Positions 29,726 to 39,522 of a stretch of DNA of 64,000 bases are shown piece after piece (within the stretch, counting starts at the first letter, position 1; every line of letters starts with the position of its first letter). The notes beneath the pieces are model-generated. The model did not search any database. It was not told where the DNA came from and saw nothing but the letters and a program-made list of their open reading frames with translations. This stretch comes from an uncultured bacterium. Lineage in GTDB: Bacteria; Cyanobacteriota; Vampirovibrionia; Gastranaerophilales; Gastranaerophilaceae. The DNA lies in contig CANAIK010000001.1 in assembly GCA_947361225.1 (NCBI GenBank), forward strand, positions 29,054-93,053. Reading direction: 5' to 3'. The position numbers and the translations under genes are program-made.

Positions 29726-31076
29726 AAGTTATATTTATAATAATAAAATAAAACCTGATAACAACAATCCTGTTTTGTTTTGTCAAGAAAAAAACGAACA
29801 AGAAGAAAAAAAAGAAGAATTCGATACAAAAAAAGCCTTAAAACCTTTGGTTCTAGCTACAGGAGCAATTCTTGCAGGTTTTATTTTAATAAGTATTCTA
29901 ATGAAGAATTATTCTAATACTTTAAACGAAAAAGGGGTGATTCGACCTCCGGATTTAGCCCGAAACCACAATATCTTAGATGAATTTCAATTCGCACTTT
30001 ATAGAGCCCTAAGAGAACCCGAAGGCAAGAATATTCTTGGTCTTTTAGGGGTCGGATTAATGAGCGGGGTAACTTTGTGCGCTAAAAGTTTTGTAGACGG
30101 CGCAAAAGATATTTGGTGCAAAAAACAAGAATTCGATATTCAATATGATTTCGAAAAAAAATCAATTGACGCTAAAACCAAAGCTTTTTCAGGAAAACTA
30201 AACGCACAAGGGGAAATTTATCAAAAAAATGAAAATTTAATTAAATCAATAATTGACAACAAAAAAGAACCTGTTTTTGAAAAATTTTTCAGCTTTAAAG
30301 GGGATAAAAAAGAGGAAAAAGATAAGGAAATAAAAGAAAAAACTCCAATTCTTCCAATTATTGGAGGATTAGTCGGGTTTTTATCTTTAGGATATTTTAT
30401 GTTTAAAAATTTCCAAAAAACAACAAAGAATTTGGACAATTTTATTATAAGAATGGACGACACTAAAATTAGAGAAGAAATTAACAGGGCTTTAGGAGAA
30501 AAAAACCAAAAAACCGCTCTTAGTCAACTAAGGGATATTTTTAAATCAACCAACGCAACAGACACTCAAATGAGAGAAATTCTAAGTCAAATTAAAGGTT
30601 TGGAACAAAAAGGAATTGATAAATTTATACAAAATATTCAAAAAGAAAGGACTTACATTGACGCTCCGAGTGCTTTAGGAGGATTTAGTGAAAAAATCCA
30701 ATATTATTGTTATATGGATGAAGACAGAGGACATTTGTACAATTGGATATTAAATCCTGAGAATAAATTCAATAAATATTTGTTCTTAACCTTTACAAGC
30801 GCAAGTTCGATTGGTTACGTTTTAAAAAGCGTTCTTCAAGCGATTAAAGACGTTACGGTAAAAAAAGAGAACAAGAAAAACGAACTTAACTATATAAATA
30901 ATTTGGTTGAAGTTGAAATAAATAATTATAAAGCAAAAAAAGAAGCTGCAATTAATCCTTTAATGGAAAATCTTAAAAAACAAGCGCAATTGGGCGAAAA
31001 AAAGGAAAATTTAAAACAATTAGGGGATAATATTCTATTCGAAATTAAAAACGGACCTCCTTATATTTATGATTAA
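29700..31076 (+). CDS. Hypothetical membrane protein (458 aa)
   Basis: Long ORF with 3-4 hydrophobic helices and charged coiled regions. Overlaps the upstream ORF by 26 nt. No recognised family. Confidence 0.55.
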   Translation: MIKIQPNIKSYIYNNKIKPDNNNPVLFCQEKNEQEEKKEEFDTKKALKPLVLATGAILAGFILISILMKNYSNTLNEKGVIRPPDLARNHNILDEFQFALYRALREPEGKNILGLLGVGLMSGVTLCAKSFVDGAKDIWCKKQEFDIQYDFEKKSIDAKTKAFSGKLNAQGEIYQKNENLIKSIIDNKKEPVFEKFFSFKGDKKEEKDKEIKEKTPILPIIGGLVGFLSLGYFMFKNFQKTTKNLDNFIIRMDDTKIREEINRALGEKNQKTALSQLRDIFKSTNATDTQMREILSQIKGLEQKGIDKFIQNIQKERTYIDAPSALGGFSEKIQYYCYMDEDRGHLYNWILNPENKFNKYLFLTFTSASSIGYVLKSVLQAIKDVTVKKENKKNELNYINNLVEVEINNYKAKKEAAINPLMENLKKQAQLGEKKENLKQLGDNILFEIKNGPPYIYD

Positions 31077-31113
31077 TATGTTATAATAAAATCAAAAAAA
31101 GAAGGAATAAAAA

Positions 31114-32939
31114 ATGAATTTTGATTTCAATTTATCAATCGAAGAACTAAAAAAACGAACAAATAAAGATTATCTTGTGACAAAAAAAATGTTGGATGTG
31201 GATTCGCTTGAGTTTTTGCAATTAGACGAAAACGACAAAAAAGCGCTCCAGTATTTGGTTAAAAGTGCAAGAATTATTGAAAAAATTAACCTTAGTTTAG
31301 ATAGTCATTACAATTTGGGGTTTAAAAATTTTATTGAAGAACAAATTAAACTCGGAAACGAACAAGCAAAACTTACAAAAATTCTTTTCGACGCTCAAAA
31401 AGGGATTTTTGCGCTTGATTGTGAATCCAATCTTGTTAATCTTTGTTCAAACTTACAATACCGCCCCCAAAGAGGTTTTTACCCGGTTGATTTAGAAAAA
31501 GAAGAATTCCATCAAATTTTAATTAATATGATTAAAGAAGGAAAAATTGAGGAAGTTAAAAAAATCCTAAATCAACGCTCAGTCGTTATAAGAAAAGACA
31601 AAGAGCTTATCGGGATTGATTATATTGAACAATTCCAACAAGATTTTAAAAAAATTGCGGATTTATTAATTAAAGCAAGTTCAGTTTCCACAAATTCCGA
31701 TTTTAACGATTATTTAAGACTTCAAGCGCAGGCGTTTTTAGTTTGCGACCCGATGTTAGACGCTTATGCGGATAAAAAATGGGCAAGTTTGCAAAACACT
31801 CCACTGGAATATACAATTACAAGAGAAAACTACTCGGACGAGTTTACAGAAACGGTTTTTGAGAATTTGGAGCTTAAAAAACTGCTTGAGGACAATAAAA
31901 TCGATGTAATTTCAAAAGATTACCTTGGAGCCCGTGTTGGAATTGTCAATAAAACAGGAACCGATTATATTCTAAAAGTTAAGGAATATTTACCTAAAAT
32001 GGCTGAAAAAATGCCCTTTAAGGAAAAGTATTCGCAAAATATTTCCTCCGGTTCCGATATCAAACAAACCATGGTAGATGTTGATTTAATTGAAGTAGCA
32101 GGGGATGTTGGAGCGTTTCGAGCAGGGATAACTTTAGCTGAGAATCTCCCCAACAACGATAAATTGTCCTTTTCAATCGGCGGGGGCAGAAGAAACGTTT
32201 ATCATAGACAAATTCGTTTTGTAACGTCTAAAGATGCTAAAGAAAAAATTCAAGAACGCTTGGATTGCACTCTTGATAAGGATTTACACAAATATTACGA
32301 CGATAAAATGGATCATCCTTTTACAATTGGACACGAAAACGGACATTCCTTAGGACCCAATGGCGGATGTGAATTTTTAGGGAAATATAAATCAATAATT
32401 GAGGAAAACAAAGCGGATATGGTTAGTTTATCAATGCTTGATTTATTGGTTGAACTGGGACTTTACTCGGAAGTTGAAAAAGAAAAAATTATAGTAACTT
32501 ACGCTATTGACAATCAACTAAAATCTAAACCAGAACTAACTCAAGCACGGTTATTTAAGCTTATATATGATAAACGAATTGATATTACATTTGACACACT
32601 ACTTATAGATGAAGCACATAATTTATTTGAAAAAGATAGTAGAAATAAACTGTTATGCAGAATTATTATTTTATTAAAGAAAAAGCAATTTCAATATCAG
32701 AATCAGGGGTTTTATCTGTTAATATTGAAAAAATGACCCAAACTGCAAGAAAAATGCTTGAGGAAATTATCGAAGTTCAACTTTCCAACGATTTTCAAAA
32801 AGGGGAAAAATACGTTCTTGATAATTTCGTTTGGACCAATGAAATGGAAATAATGAGTGAGAAATTAAGGAAAATTTCAAAAAGACTCAATGGAAAAACC
32901 GAACAAAAATTAGCTGATTATTTGTTTAACTTAAACTAA
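31114..32939 (+). pseudogene. M49/DPP3-like zinc metallopeptidase, split into two frames by a ~100-nt insert
   Basis: HPFTIGHENGHSLGP (HExxH) and EENKADM in ORF 31114-32736. The family-like C-terminal part continues in ORF 32655-32939, in another frame. The segment at about 32548-32654 encodes an unrelated DEAH-box-like peptide. Confidence 0.6.
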
Positions 32940-33810
32940 GAGCAAGTTTAATCGCTTCAACCATAGAACTCGGGTCTGCAATTCCTTTGTTGGCAATATC
33001 ATAAGCAGTGCCTGAACTTGGTGAGGTTCGAATTACTTCTAAACCAATGGTTGTGTTAACCGCTTTGTCAAAACAAAGCGCTTTTAAAGGACACAACCCC
33101 TGATCGTGGTAGCAACTAACAATTGCGTCTTGTTCTTGGGGTTTATTGTTTAAATAATTCTTCCCAACCCGAGAAAACAACCCGTCGGCACTAATCGGAT
33201 TTGAAATATTTATCCCTTTTTCTCTTAATATCGAAACCGCAGGATTTAGGATTTCGATTTCTTCTCGACCTAAAATTCCCCCTTCTCCGCAGTGTGGATT
33301 AAAGGCGCAAAGGGCAATTTTCGGGTTTTTGATTCTGCATTTTTGAACTAAAAAATTATTTAAGACCTCAATTTTTAAAACGACGTCATTAATTGTTAAA
33401 TTAATATCTAGAAGTGCGCAATGACGACTTAAAAGCATAACTTTTAAGTCTTGAGCTATAAAAAGCATTTGCGCTTTTTTTTCCCTCGACAACAAACTTT
33501 CAATGACCTCTGTTTGACCTAAAAAATTGTACCCTGCTTGATTAAGCTCCAATTTTGAAACAGGAGCGGTAACAATTCCTTTAATAAGACCTTTTTTCGC
33601 TAAAGAGCAGGCAAACTCCAAACTTTTATAACAAAAAACCCCGTTATTATCCTCGTTAATTAAATAATGAGGATAATCAACATCAATTTTTTCACCAATT
33701 ATTAAAACATCTTTTTTATCGGGTTTTATTATAGAAAGCGCCTTTTGGACGATTTCTTTCCCGATTCCCAGTTTGTCCCCTGTTGTTATTGCAATTCTGT
33801 AGTTATTCAA
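32926..33810 (-). CDS. pdxA: PdxA-family NAD-dependent dehydrogenase (4-hydroxythreonine-4-phosphate dehydrogenase-like)
   Basis: 294 aa. IAITTGDKLGIG, NPHCGEGG, YHDQGL and TSPSSGTAYDIA are PdxA motifs. 4-nt overlap with the upstream kinase gene. Confidence 0.8.
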   Translation of the reverse strand: MNNYRIAITTGDKLGIGKEIVQKALSIIKPDKKDVLIIGEKIDVDYPHYLINEDNNGVFCYKSLEFACSLAKKGLIKGIVTAPVSKLELNQAGYNFLGQTEVIESLLSREKKAQMLFIAQDLKVMLLSRHCALLDINLTINDVVLKIEVLNNFLVQKCRIKNPKIALCAFNPHCGEGGILGREEIEILNPAVSILREKGINISNPISADGLFSRVGKNYLNNKPQEQDAIVSCYHDQGLCPLKALCFDKAVNTTIGLEVIRTSPSSGTAYDIANKGIADPSSMVEAIKLALSLS

Positions 33811-35111
33811 TTGTTTAACCTGTCAAAATAATTAATAATTTCTGCTAAAGTTGTAGGAGTTCCAAAGTTTCCGGATTTTGTAACTATAATTTTATTGTTA
33901 ATATCCCGACACAAAGGAATTGCAGGAAGAATTGAATCTAAGATTTCCAAATAAGTCGATTCGATTCTATAAGCGCATTTATAAGAAGTTTCCCCGCCAA
34001 CAGTAATTAAGATAAAATCGCTTTTTTGGTTCACAAGCTGGACTAATCGGGACAAAAAATCCGTAATTTTATCGGGGAATTCGTCTTTTGGGATTCCTGC
34101 GTCAATTAATGCGTTAGAATTATCGTCCGACAACAAAGAATTGGGAATATTAGAAACGTGTACAACAACATCTTCTTTGGAATTCAATTTTTGAGCAATT
34201 GTTTCCACCAATTCAACCTTAGGATTAAAAATTACATCCTCAACAGTCAAATCAACAAAGAAAATATTGTTTTTTCTTTCTTTTAAATGATTAATTTGAT
34301 TCGCACTTAATTTTGTTGCAGAACCGGAAATAATGAATCTTGCAAGGTTTGGAATATTGTTTTTTTCTCTATCATTAGTTTTGCAATAAAAAACTTTATT
34401 AAAAGCACTTGCTAAACCCGCACTTCCCGCCGGAAGTAAATCAAATTCCGATTTTTCAATTGCAAGAGCGATTTGCTCTAAATCCGTTGTCGACATTGCG
34501 TCAACGACGATTAATTTTTTGCCTTTCTGGATTAATTCTTTAATTTTTAAACTAATCGGACCCGCCCCTTTAGTAACCGTTGTTAAACCGATTGAATCAA
34601 TCAAATCGGAAAAATCGGGATTAATATCTTTTTTTAGAATATCGGGAATATAAGAATCCGTAATTGGAGCCTTAGGATCAAGCGCACATTGGGTTCTATC
34701 AATTACAATCCCATCCAGAAGCTGATAAGAACCAAGGGTGGTTCTATTTTGCTCAATATAAGCAGGGGCAATAATTGCAGCGTCTTTTTGGGTTTTTTCC
34801 AAAAGCGCAATTACTTCCAATCCAACGTGACCCCTTAAGGTTGAATCAATTTTTTTATAGAATTTTTCAGCCTTAATATGTTCTAAAACTTTATCCAGGA
34901 CCTTAACCATTCTATCCAGCGCAATTTGCTTATCGATATTTCTGCTTTCGGTTGAAACCGCCCAGATATCAGCCTCGTCGTTTGTAAAGTCTTTGTTAAA
35001 ATCAATTATAATTTTTGTTGTGCATCCGTTTTTAAAAAACTGCAAGGCGGTATCGTTTGCGCCCGTCAAGTCGTCTGCAATTATTATTGATGTTGAATCA
35101 GATATTGACAT
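33807..35111 (-). CDS. Four-carbon acid sugar kinase family protein (DUF1537)
   Basis: 434 aa. N-terminal IIADDLTGANDTALQF and the KIDSTLRG motif are typical of DUF1537 kinases, which pair with PdxA-type dehydrogenases. Confidence 0.8.
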   Translation of the reverse strand: MSISDSTSIIIADDLTGANDTALQFFKNGCTTKIIIDFNKDFTNDEADIWAVSTESRNIDKQIALDRMVKVLDKVLEHIKAEKFYKKIDSTLRGHVGLEVIALLEKTQKDAAIIAPAYIEQNRTTLGSYQLLDGIVIDRTQCALDPKAPITDSYIPDILKKDINPDFSDLIDSIGLTTVTKGAGPISLKIKELIQKGKKLIVVDAMSTTDLEQIALAIEKSEFDLLPAGSAGLASAFNKVFYCKTNDREKNNIPNLARFIISGSATKLSANQINHLKERKNNIFFVDLTVEDVIFNPKVELVETIAQKLNSKEDVVVHVSNIPNSLLSDDNSNALIDAGIPKDEFPDKITDFLSRLVQLVNQKSDFILITVGGETSYKCAYRIESTYLEILDSILPAIPLCRDINNKIIVTKSGNFGTPTTLAEIINYFDRLNN

Positions 35112-35114
35112 AAA

Positions 35115-35453
35115 CTAAACCATTTGAGCTGCGGAATCTTTCTTGCCTCCGACAAAAGTATAGTCGGTTGCGTTAATTAAGTATCTTTCAACCATTTCTC
35201 CGTCTGCTCCCTGCCATTTGGAGAGCATTATTTTTCCTTCAATTGAAACCATTGCGCCTTTTTTAATCCACTCAGCAGCAGATTCTGCTTTTTTGTCCCA
35301 GAGTTGAATATTAAACCAATCAGCCTCTCTTTGCTTGGTTTTAGGGTTCCATCTGTCAACGGCTATTGAAAAAGTTGTTTTGGATTTCCCGCTTTCAAAA
35401 TATTTAATTTCAGGGTCCTGTCCCACACGACCAACTAGAATTGCACTGTTCAT
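35115..35453 (-). CDS. ssb: Single-stranded DNA-binding protein (short, no acidic C-terminal tip)
   Basis: MNSAILVGRVGQDPEIKYFESGKSKTTFSIAV ... WFNIQLW is an OB-fold SSB signature. The protein ends GGKKDSAAQMV. Confidence 0.85.
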   Translation of the reverse strand: MNSAILVGRVGQDPEIKYFESGKSKTTFSIAVDRWNPKTKQREADWFNIQLWDKKAESAAEWIKKGAMVSIEGKIMLSKWQGADGEMVERYLINATDYTFVGGKKDSAAQMV

Positions 35454-35500
35454 TTATTTACCTTTCAACATTTTATAATCTAAATTATATTATGTAGAAT

Positions 35501-36094
35501 TTAGTTTTGCAAATAAACTTTAGCAAGCGCACATTTTGTATCGGAAATTGTCGAATAAACGATTCTTATAAGATTATCGTGAACCACATCGATTCGATAA
35601 TAGGCAATATCATTCTCTTTTTTTAAGTTATCATTGAATTTTTTCAACTCCAACATTCCATATTGGTCTCTGCCTTGATAAAACATAAGCATTGGAGTGG
35701 AATCCACGTTTTTTTCAAAAATTTTATAGTTGCCTAAAGGAATAATTTTTCCTTGATAACCTATAATTGGGGCAGTTAAGGTAATATAATAAATTCCGTT
35801 TGTAATATCATCGATTGCTTTTTTATCACCCCCAATGTCGATTTGTTGTTCTTTTAAGGCTGGTTTTGATTCAACCCCGTATTCCCGTCCGAATAAAAAT
35901 GCTTTTAAGTGTCCTAAAAACGTATTTTTAACAGGTTTTGGAGTGAGTCTGTTTATTGTATCGTCAAATTCCTTGTTAGTAACAGGTTTAATCCCTTGAA
36001 ACGCACTATCTATAAAGTTATAGTCAACATCAAGAAAATCCGAAGCAAAGGAAAAATTTGTAAGCAAAAATAAGATTAGAATTAATCGTTTCAT
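35501..36094 (-). CDS. Hypothetical secreted protein
   Basis: 197 aa with the signal peptide MKRLILILFLLTNFSFA. No recognised motif. Confidence 0.5.
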   Translation of the reverse strand: MKRLILILFLLTNFSFASDFLDVDYNFIDSAFQGIKPVTNKEFDDTINRLTPKPVKNTFLGHLKAFLFGREYGVESKPALKEQQIDIGGDKKAIDDITNGIYYITLTAPIIGYQGKIIPLGNYKIFEKNVDSTPMLMFYQGRDQYGMLELKKFNDNLKKENDIAYYRIDVVHDNLIRIVYSTISDTKCALAKVYLQN

Positions 36095-36152
36095 AATTTT
36101 ATTTTAATGTTTTTTTTAAGGTTGTAAAGGGAAAATAGTTTATTTGATTTAT

Positions 36153-36371
36153 TTATAGTGTCTTAAATAATTCTTCCATTGAAACCTCTAGTCCTTGCGC
36201 TAATTTTAATAAAGCAACAAGTCCCGCTCGATTAATCCCAACCTCAATTTTCCCTAAGTAATCAAGACTAATTCCGGCACGTTCTGCCAGTTTTTCTTGA
36301 GTCAACTTTTTTTGTATTCGAAGAAATTTTATTCTTTTACCCAATTTTTTATAGAATATAGAAAAATCCAT
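36153..36371 (-). CDS. XRE-family HTH regulator (72 aa)
   Basis: LRIQKKLTQEKLAERAGISLDYLGKIEVG is a Cro/C1-type HTH. Confidence 0.8.
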   Translation of the reverse strand: MDFSIFYKKLGKRIKFLRIQKKLTQEKLAERAGISLDYLGKIEVGINRAGLVALLKLAQGLEVSMEELFKTL

Positions 36372-36445
36372 TATTTGATTCTACCGGATATATAGATATA
36401 GAATAGATATTTATATATGAGTTTGCACTAAATTTTTACAAAAAT

Positions 36446-36589
36446 TTACATTTCCTTAAAATCACGTGTATTTTTGTATTCTTCCCCTAAATAATATTCA
36501 CTATTTTGTTTTTGATTCTTTGCCAGTGCTAATCCTAAGGAAAGAAGAAAAACTAATAATAAAACTATAACTAAAATAACTTTTTTCAT
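36446..36589 (-). CDS. Possible 47-aa secreted peptide
   Basis: MKKVILVIVLLLVFLLSLGLALAKNQKQNSEYYLGEEYKNTRDFKEM. Signal-peptide-like and below the track cutoff. Confidence 0.3.
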   Translation of the reverse strand: MKKVILVIVLLLVFLLSLGLALAKNQKQNSEYYLGEEYKNTRDFKEM

Positions 36590-36640
36590 ACAATTAATTG
36601 TATTTTATTTCCCCCTAAGATTCAAGGTTTGATTGGGTGG

Positions 36641-37345
36641 TTATTTCTTTTTTGTGCTGCCTAGAACATTATAATCAAAAGTGAATTCTATTGGAATGAA
36701 TTTTCTTTGATATTCTTTAGGCAAGGGCTTAAAAGGCGCTGCTTTCCTAATTGCTTCAAGCACAGCTTGGTTTGCAAGTTCGTTTTGACTTTTTTTGTTA
36801 GGATATAAGATAATAACTCACCTTTTTTCCCGACTCTAAAAGTTACAATAACTCTATCGCTTTTATCGGCTTTAGGAGGAACCCAATTTTTTTTAATATT
36901 GCCCTCAAGATTTCTCATATAAGGACCCCAGTCAATTCCTTTAAGATATTCTGTCCCAATGGGTTTTTCAGTTTTTCCTGCTTTATAGGATTTACAAACC
37001 CTGTTATGGAATAAATACATTGAACTACTTTTATCAAATGTTCTAAAATCGTCATTATCCGTTGTATAAACAAAGTTGTCCTCAAGTTGGGGGCTATAGT
37101 TTTGTGCCTCTAAAACCGTTGTTTTATCATTTTTACAATCCTATTTAACCCAAACCAAGCTTGATTTTCCGTTATAGTTAAATTTTGTTTTATAATAAAA
37201 AAAGTTGTCTTGTTGTTGAATTAGGGTCAAGATATATTTCTAAAGGTGCACTATAAGGATGAATCACCTCCCAATCGACTTTAGATAGTGCTTTTGGTGA
37301 GAATAAGGATAATAAAAATTATGCGATTATAATTTTTTTCTTCAT
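36641..37345 (-). pseudogene. Decayed secreted protein with TonB-C-like domain (several frameshifts or stops)
   Basis: Minus strand. MKKKIIIA stops after 8 codons, and further fragments lie in other frames. ORF 36688-37020 shifts at an A7 run (about 36818), after which another frame reads SQNELANQAVLEAIRKAAPFKPLPKEYQRKFIPIEFTFDYNV, a TonB C-terminal-like ending. Confidence 0.5.
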
Positions 37346-37354
37346 AGTTAATAA

Positions 37355-38677
37355 TTATTCGCTTAAATCCGCTTTTTTAGCCAATTTTGCGCTTAAGATA
37401 AGTTCTTTTAAATCATTTGTTTGTTTAATTACAAACTTATCCTCAGGTTTCAATCTCTTTGCTTTTTTAATCCAAAACATTGCCTGTTTTAAACTTTTTT
37501 TGTCTTGATTGTTGTTTTTGTAATCATATTCTAGAATATAGGATAAATAAAGAGGTGCAAGGTAGTTTTTGGTTTTATTTATTGCGTATGCTTGAATAAA
37601 ATATGTTTTTGCCAGTATATAATCATTATCAAGATAATATTTGTAAGCTTTTTTCATTAATTTATCTTCTTTAGTTTGTGGAATATATGTGTTTTTGTAT
37701 GAATTTTTTTGAGAAGACAAAATCACGGTCTTTTTATCACTGGATTTTCTTGCAACAAGAACCTCGGAATCATAAATATTAGATTTTCCTTGTTTTCCCA
37801 ATTCTTCAATATCAACCAGTTGAATTTCGTTTTCAATATTGTCTATTCTATCACTATCAGAAGGATGAGAACTACTTGCAGTTTGAACATTTGGAAGGGC
37901 GGATAAAAAATTCATTGCATCAAGTGCTTTTTGAGGGTCAAATCCAGCTCTAGTCATTAAGGTTATTGCTTCAGTATCTGCCTCATATTCAAGTTGTCTT
38001 TCTTGTGCGTATAATTTGTTTATTTGAGAATGAGCTACTGCCATTGAAGTCGAATATGAAATACCCATTAAAGTATCGCCTGTAGCAGCATAACTATTCC
38101 CCAATGCGCTGTTTAAGGTTGCATTATTATTTTGTATTCTGGATTGTTCTTTATAATATTCTATATTTTCTTGCAAACGTTTAATTTTGTAGTTATTCTC
38201 ATATGATTTTTGACTATGTCCCAGAATTAAATGGGAAAGTTCGTGTGCAACCACAAAAGCAAGTGCGTCTTTGTTGTCATAAAGACTGTCATATAAAGAG
38301 CTGTTAATTAGGATTAAATTAGCAGAACCCGCTTGAGCATTGACTTCTTCAGTATCGACTTTAATTCCGATTCTCCAGTTTTGATATTGCAGTTTATTTG
38401 CCCTTAATATTCTATCAAGCATTAAATACAGTTGTTCTTGTTCGTCCTTCAATTCGTTTTTGTAGGATTGATATTGTTTTTTATCGTTTTCTAATTTTTG
38501 ATTATATTTTTTATCATCAACCAATTTTATATTAGGAAGTGCAATCAACTTAGGATCTTTAATAACAACTTTAGTTGTTGTAACAGTTGCGCTCAAGTTG
38601 GGTTGTGGAACTTGTGCTAATATCGGACAGGTTAGAAAACAAGAAATAATAAGCAGGCTTGATAAATGTTTTTTCAT
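37355..38677 (-). CDS. M48-family zinc metallopeptidase with C-terminal TPR-like region
   Basis: 440 aa with a signal peptide. Has VVAHELSHLILGH (HExxH) and the SSHPSDSDRI motif. Confidence 0.8.
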   Translation of the reverse strand: MKKHLSSLLIISCFLTCPILAQVPQPNLSATVTTTKVVIKDPKLIALPNIKLVDDKKYNQKLENDKKQYQSYKNELKDEQEQLYLMLDRILRANKLQYQNWRIGIKVDTEEVNAQAGSANLILINSSLYDSLYDNKDALAFVVAHELSHLILGHSQKSYENNYKIKRLQENIEYYKEQSRIQNNNATLNSALGNSYAATGDTLMGISYSTSMAVAHSQINKLYAQERQLEYEADTEAITLMTRAGFDPQKALDAMNFLSALPNVQTASSSHPSDSDRIDNIENEIQLVDIEELGKQGKSNIYDSEVLVARKSSDKKTVILSSQKNSYKNTYIPQTKEDKLMKKAYKYYLDNDYILAKTYFIQAYAINKTKNYLAPLYLSYILEYDYKNNNQDKKSLKQAMFWIKKAKRLKPEDKFVIKQTNDLKELILSAKLAKKADLSE

Positions 38678-38748
38678 TAAAAAAATCCTATAAATTAATT
38701 TATTCTATAATAACAAAGGGTAATTATTTTTTCAATTGAATAAAAACT

Positions 38749-39090
38749 TTATTGTCTGTGCCAAGGTTTAAAATTTCTTATTTGAGTTTCAAGGTTCGAA
38801 TAATCCCCGTCAAATTTTATACATCTATCATCGATATAGAGCCAGGAAAGCTCTTTTATATTTGTTATATCGCAAACTATATTATCAAGCTCGTTTTCAA
38901 TAAGCCACTTGGTTGCAAGTATTTTGTTTCGTGTTGTAAAAAGTTTAATTGTATAGGTTTTTGATAATTCTATCAAAAATTCCCTTGCGCCTTCTTTAAT
39001 CGAAGGAATATAGTCCTTGTCAAAATTTCCCGTATATTGATTTAACACCCCGTCAAGATCAATTAATATTACTTTCTTTTTATCAAACAT
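38749..39090 (-). CDS. Small HAD-superfamily hydrolase-like protein
   Basis: 113 aa. VILIDLDGVLN is HAD motif I, and LFTTR and YIDD are consistent with motifs II and IV. Confidence 0.55.
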   Translation of the reverse strand: MFDKKKVILIDLDGVLNQYTGNFDKDYIPSIKEGAREFLIELSKTYTIKLFTTRNKILATKWLIENELDNIVCDITNIKELSWLYIDDRCIKFDGDYSNLETQIRNFKPWHRQ

Positions 39091-39133
39091 AAAACCCTTT
39101 CTTAAGAAATATTAAACTTAATAGAATAATAAA

Positions 39134-39147
39134 ATACTCTTTAGTAT
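39134..39147. promoter_or_regulatory. Palindromic operator candidate ATACT-N4-AGTAT
   Basis: ATACTCTTTAGTAT lies 53 nt upstream of the 39200 ATG. A near-identical site sits at the same distance before the paralog. Confidence 0.45.
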
Positions 39148-39199
39148 ATTAATATACCTAATAAGCCAAAATTTTACTGATGCGTTACTATGTATTCAT

Positions 39200-39403
39200 A
39201 TGATTGAGAATAGATTTGCAAAACTGTTGGCGCAAAAAAGGCTTGATAGGCGGGACATCGTCAAAATGACGGGTCTTGATAATCACATAGTTTATAAAAT
39301 CTACAAAGCCAATTATTCCAGAATTGACTTAGAAACACTGAATAAATTATGCGCTGCACTAAATTGCGATACTAATGATATATTTAAATATATTCCTGAT
39401 TAA
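39200..39403 (+). CDS. Small HTH regulator (67 aa, Cro/XRE-like), paralog 1
   Basis: MIENRFAKLLAQKRLDRRDIVKMTGLDNHIVYKIYK. Close paralog of the 39523 gene. Confidence 0.75.
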   Translation: MIENRFAKLLAQKRLDRRDIVKMTGLDNHIVYKIYKANYSRIDLETLNKLCAALNCDTNDIFKYIPD

Positions 39404-39458
39404 TTTTCCTCACTTTCTGTACATTATTACAATATATTAAAAATATCGGTATGTAAAT

Positions 39459-39472
39459 ATACTATTTAGTAT
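39459..39472. promoter_or_regulatory. Palindromic operator candidate ATACT-N4-AGTAT
   Basis: ATACTATTTAGTAT lies 51 nt upstream of the 39523 ATG. Confidence 0.45.
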
Positions 39473-39522
39473 TGTAAATTACGATTTAGGACTTAACATC
39501 CTTGTATTGCTAAGATAAATAA

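Noticed and set aside
32655-32939. 94-aa ORF as an independent gene
   Set aside because: Its sequence continues the C-terminal region expected for the upstream M49-like peptidase. It is treated as the displaced 3' part of a disrupted gene.
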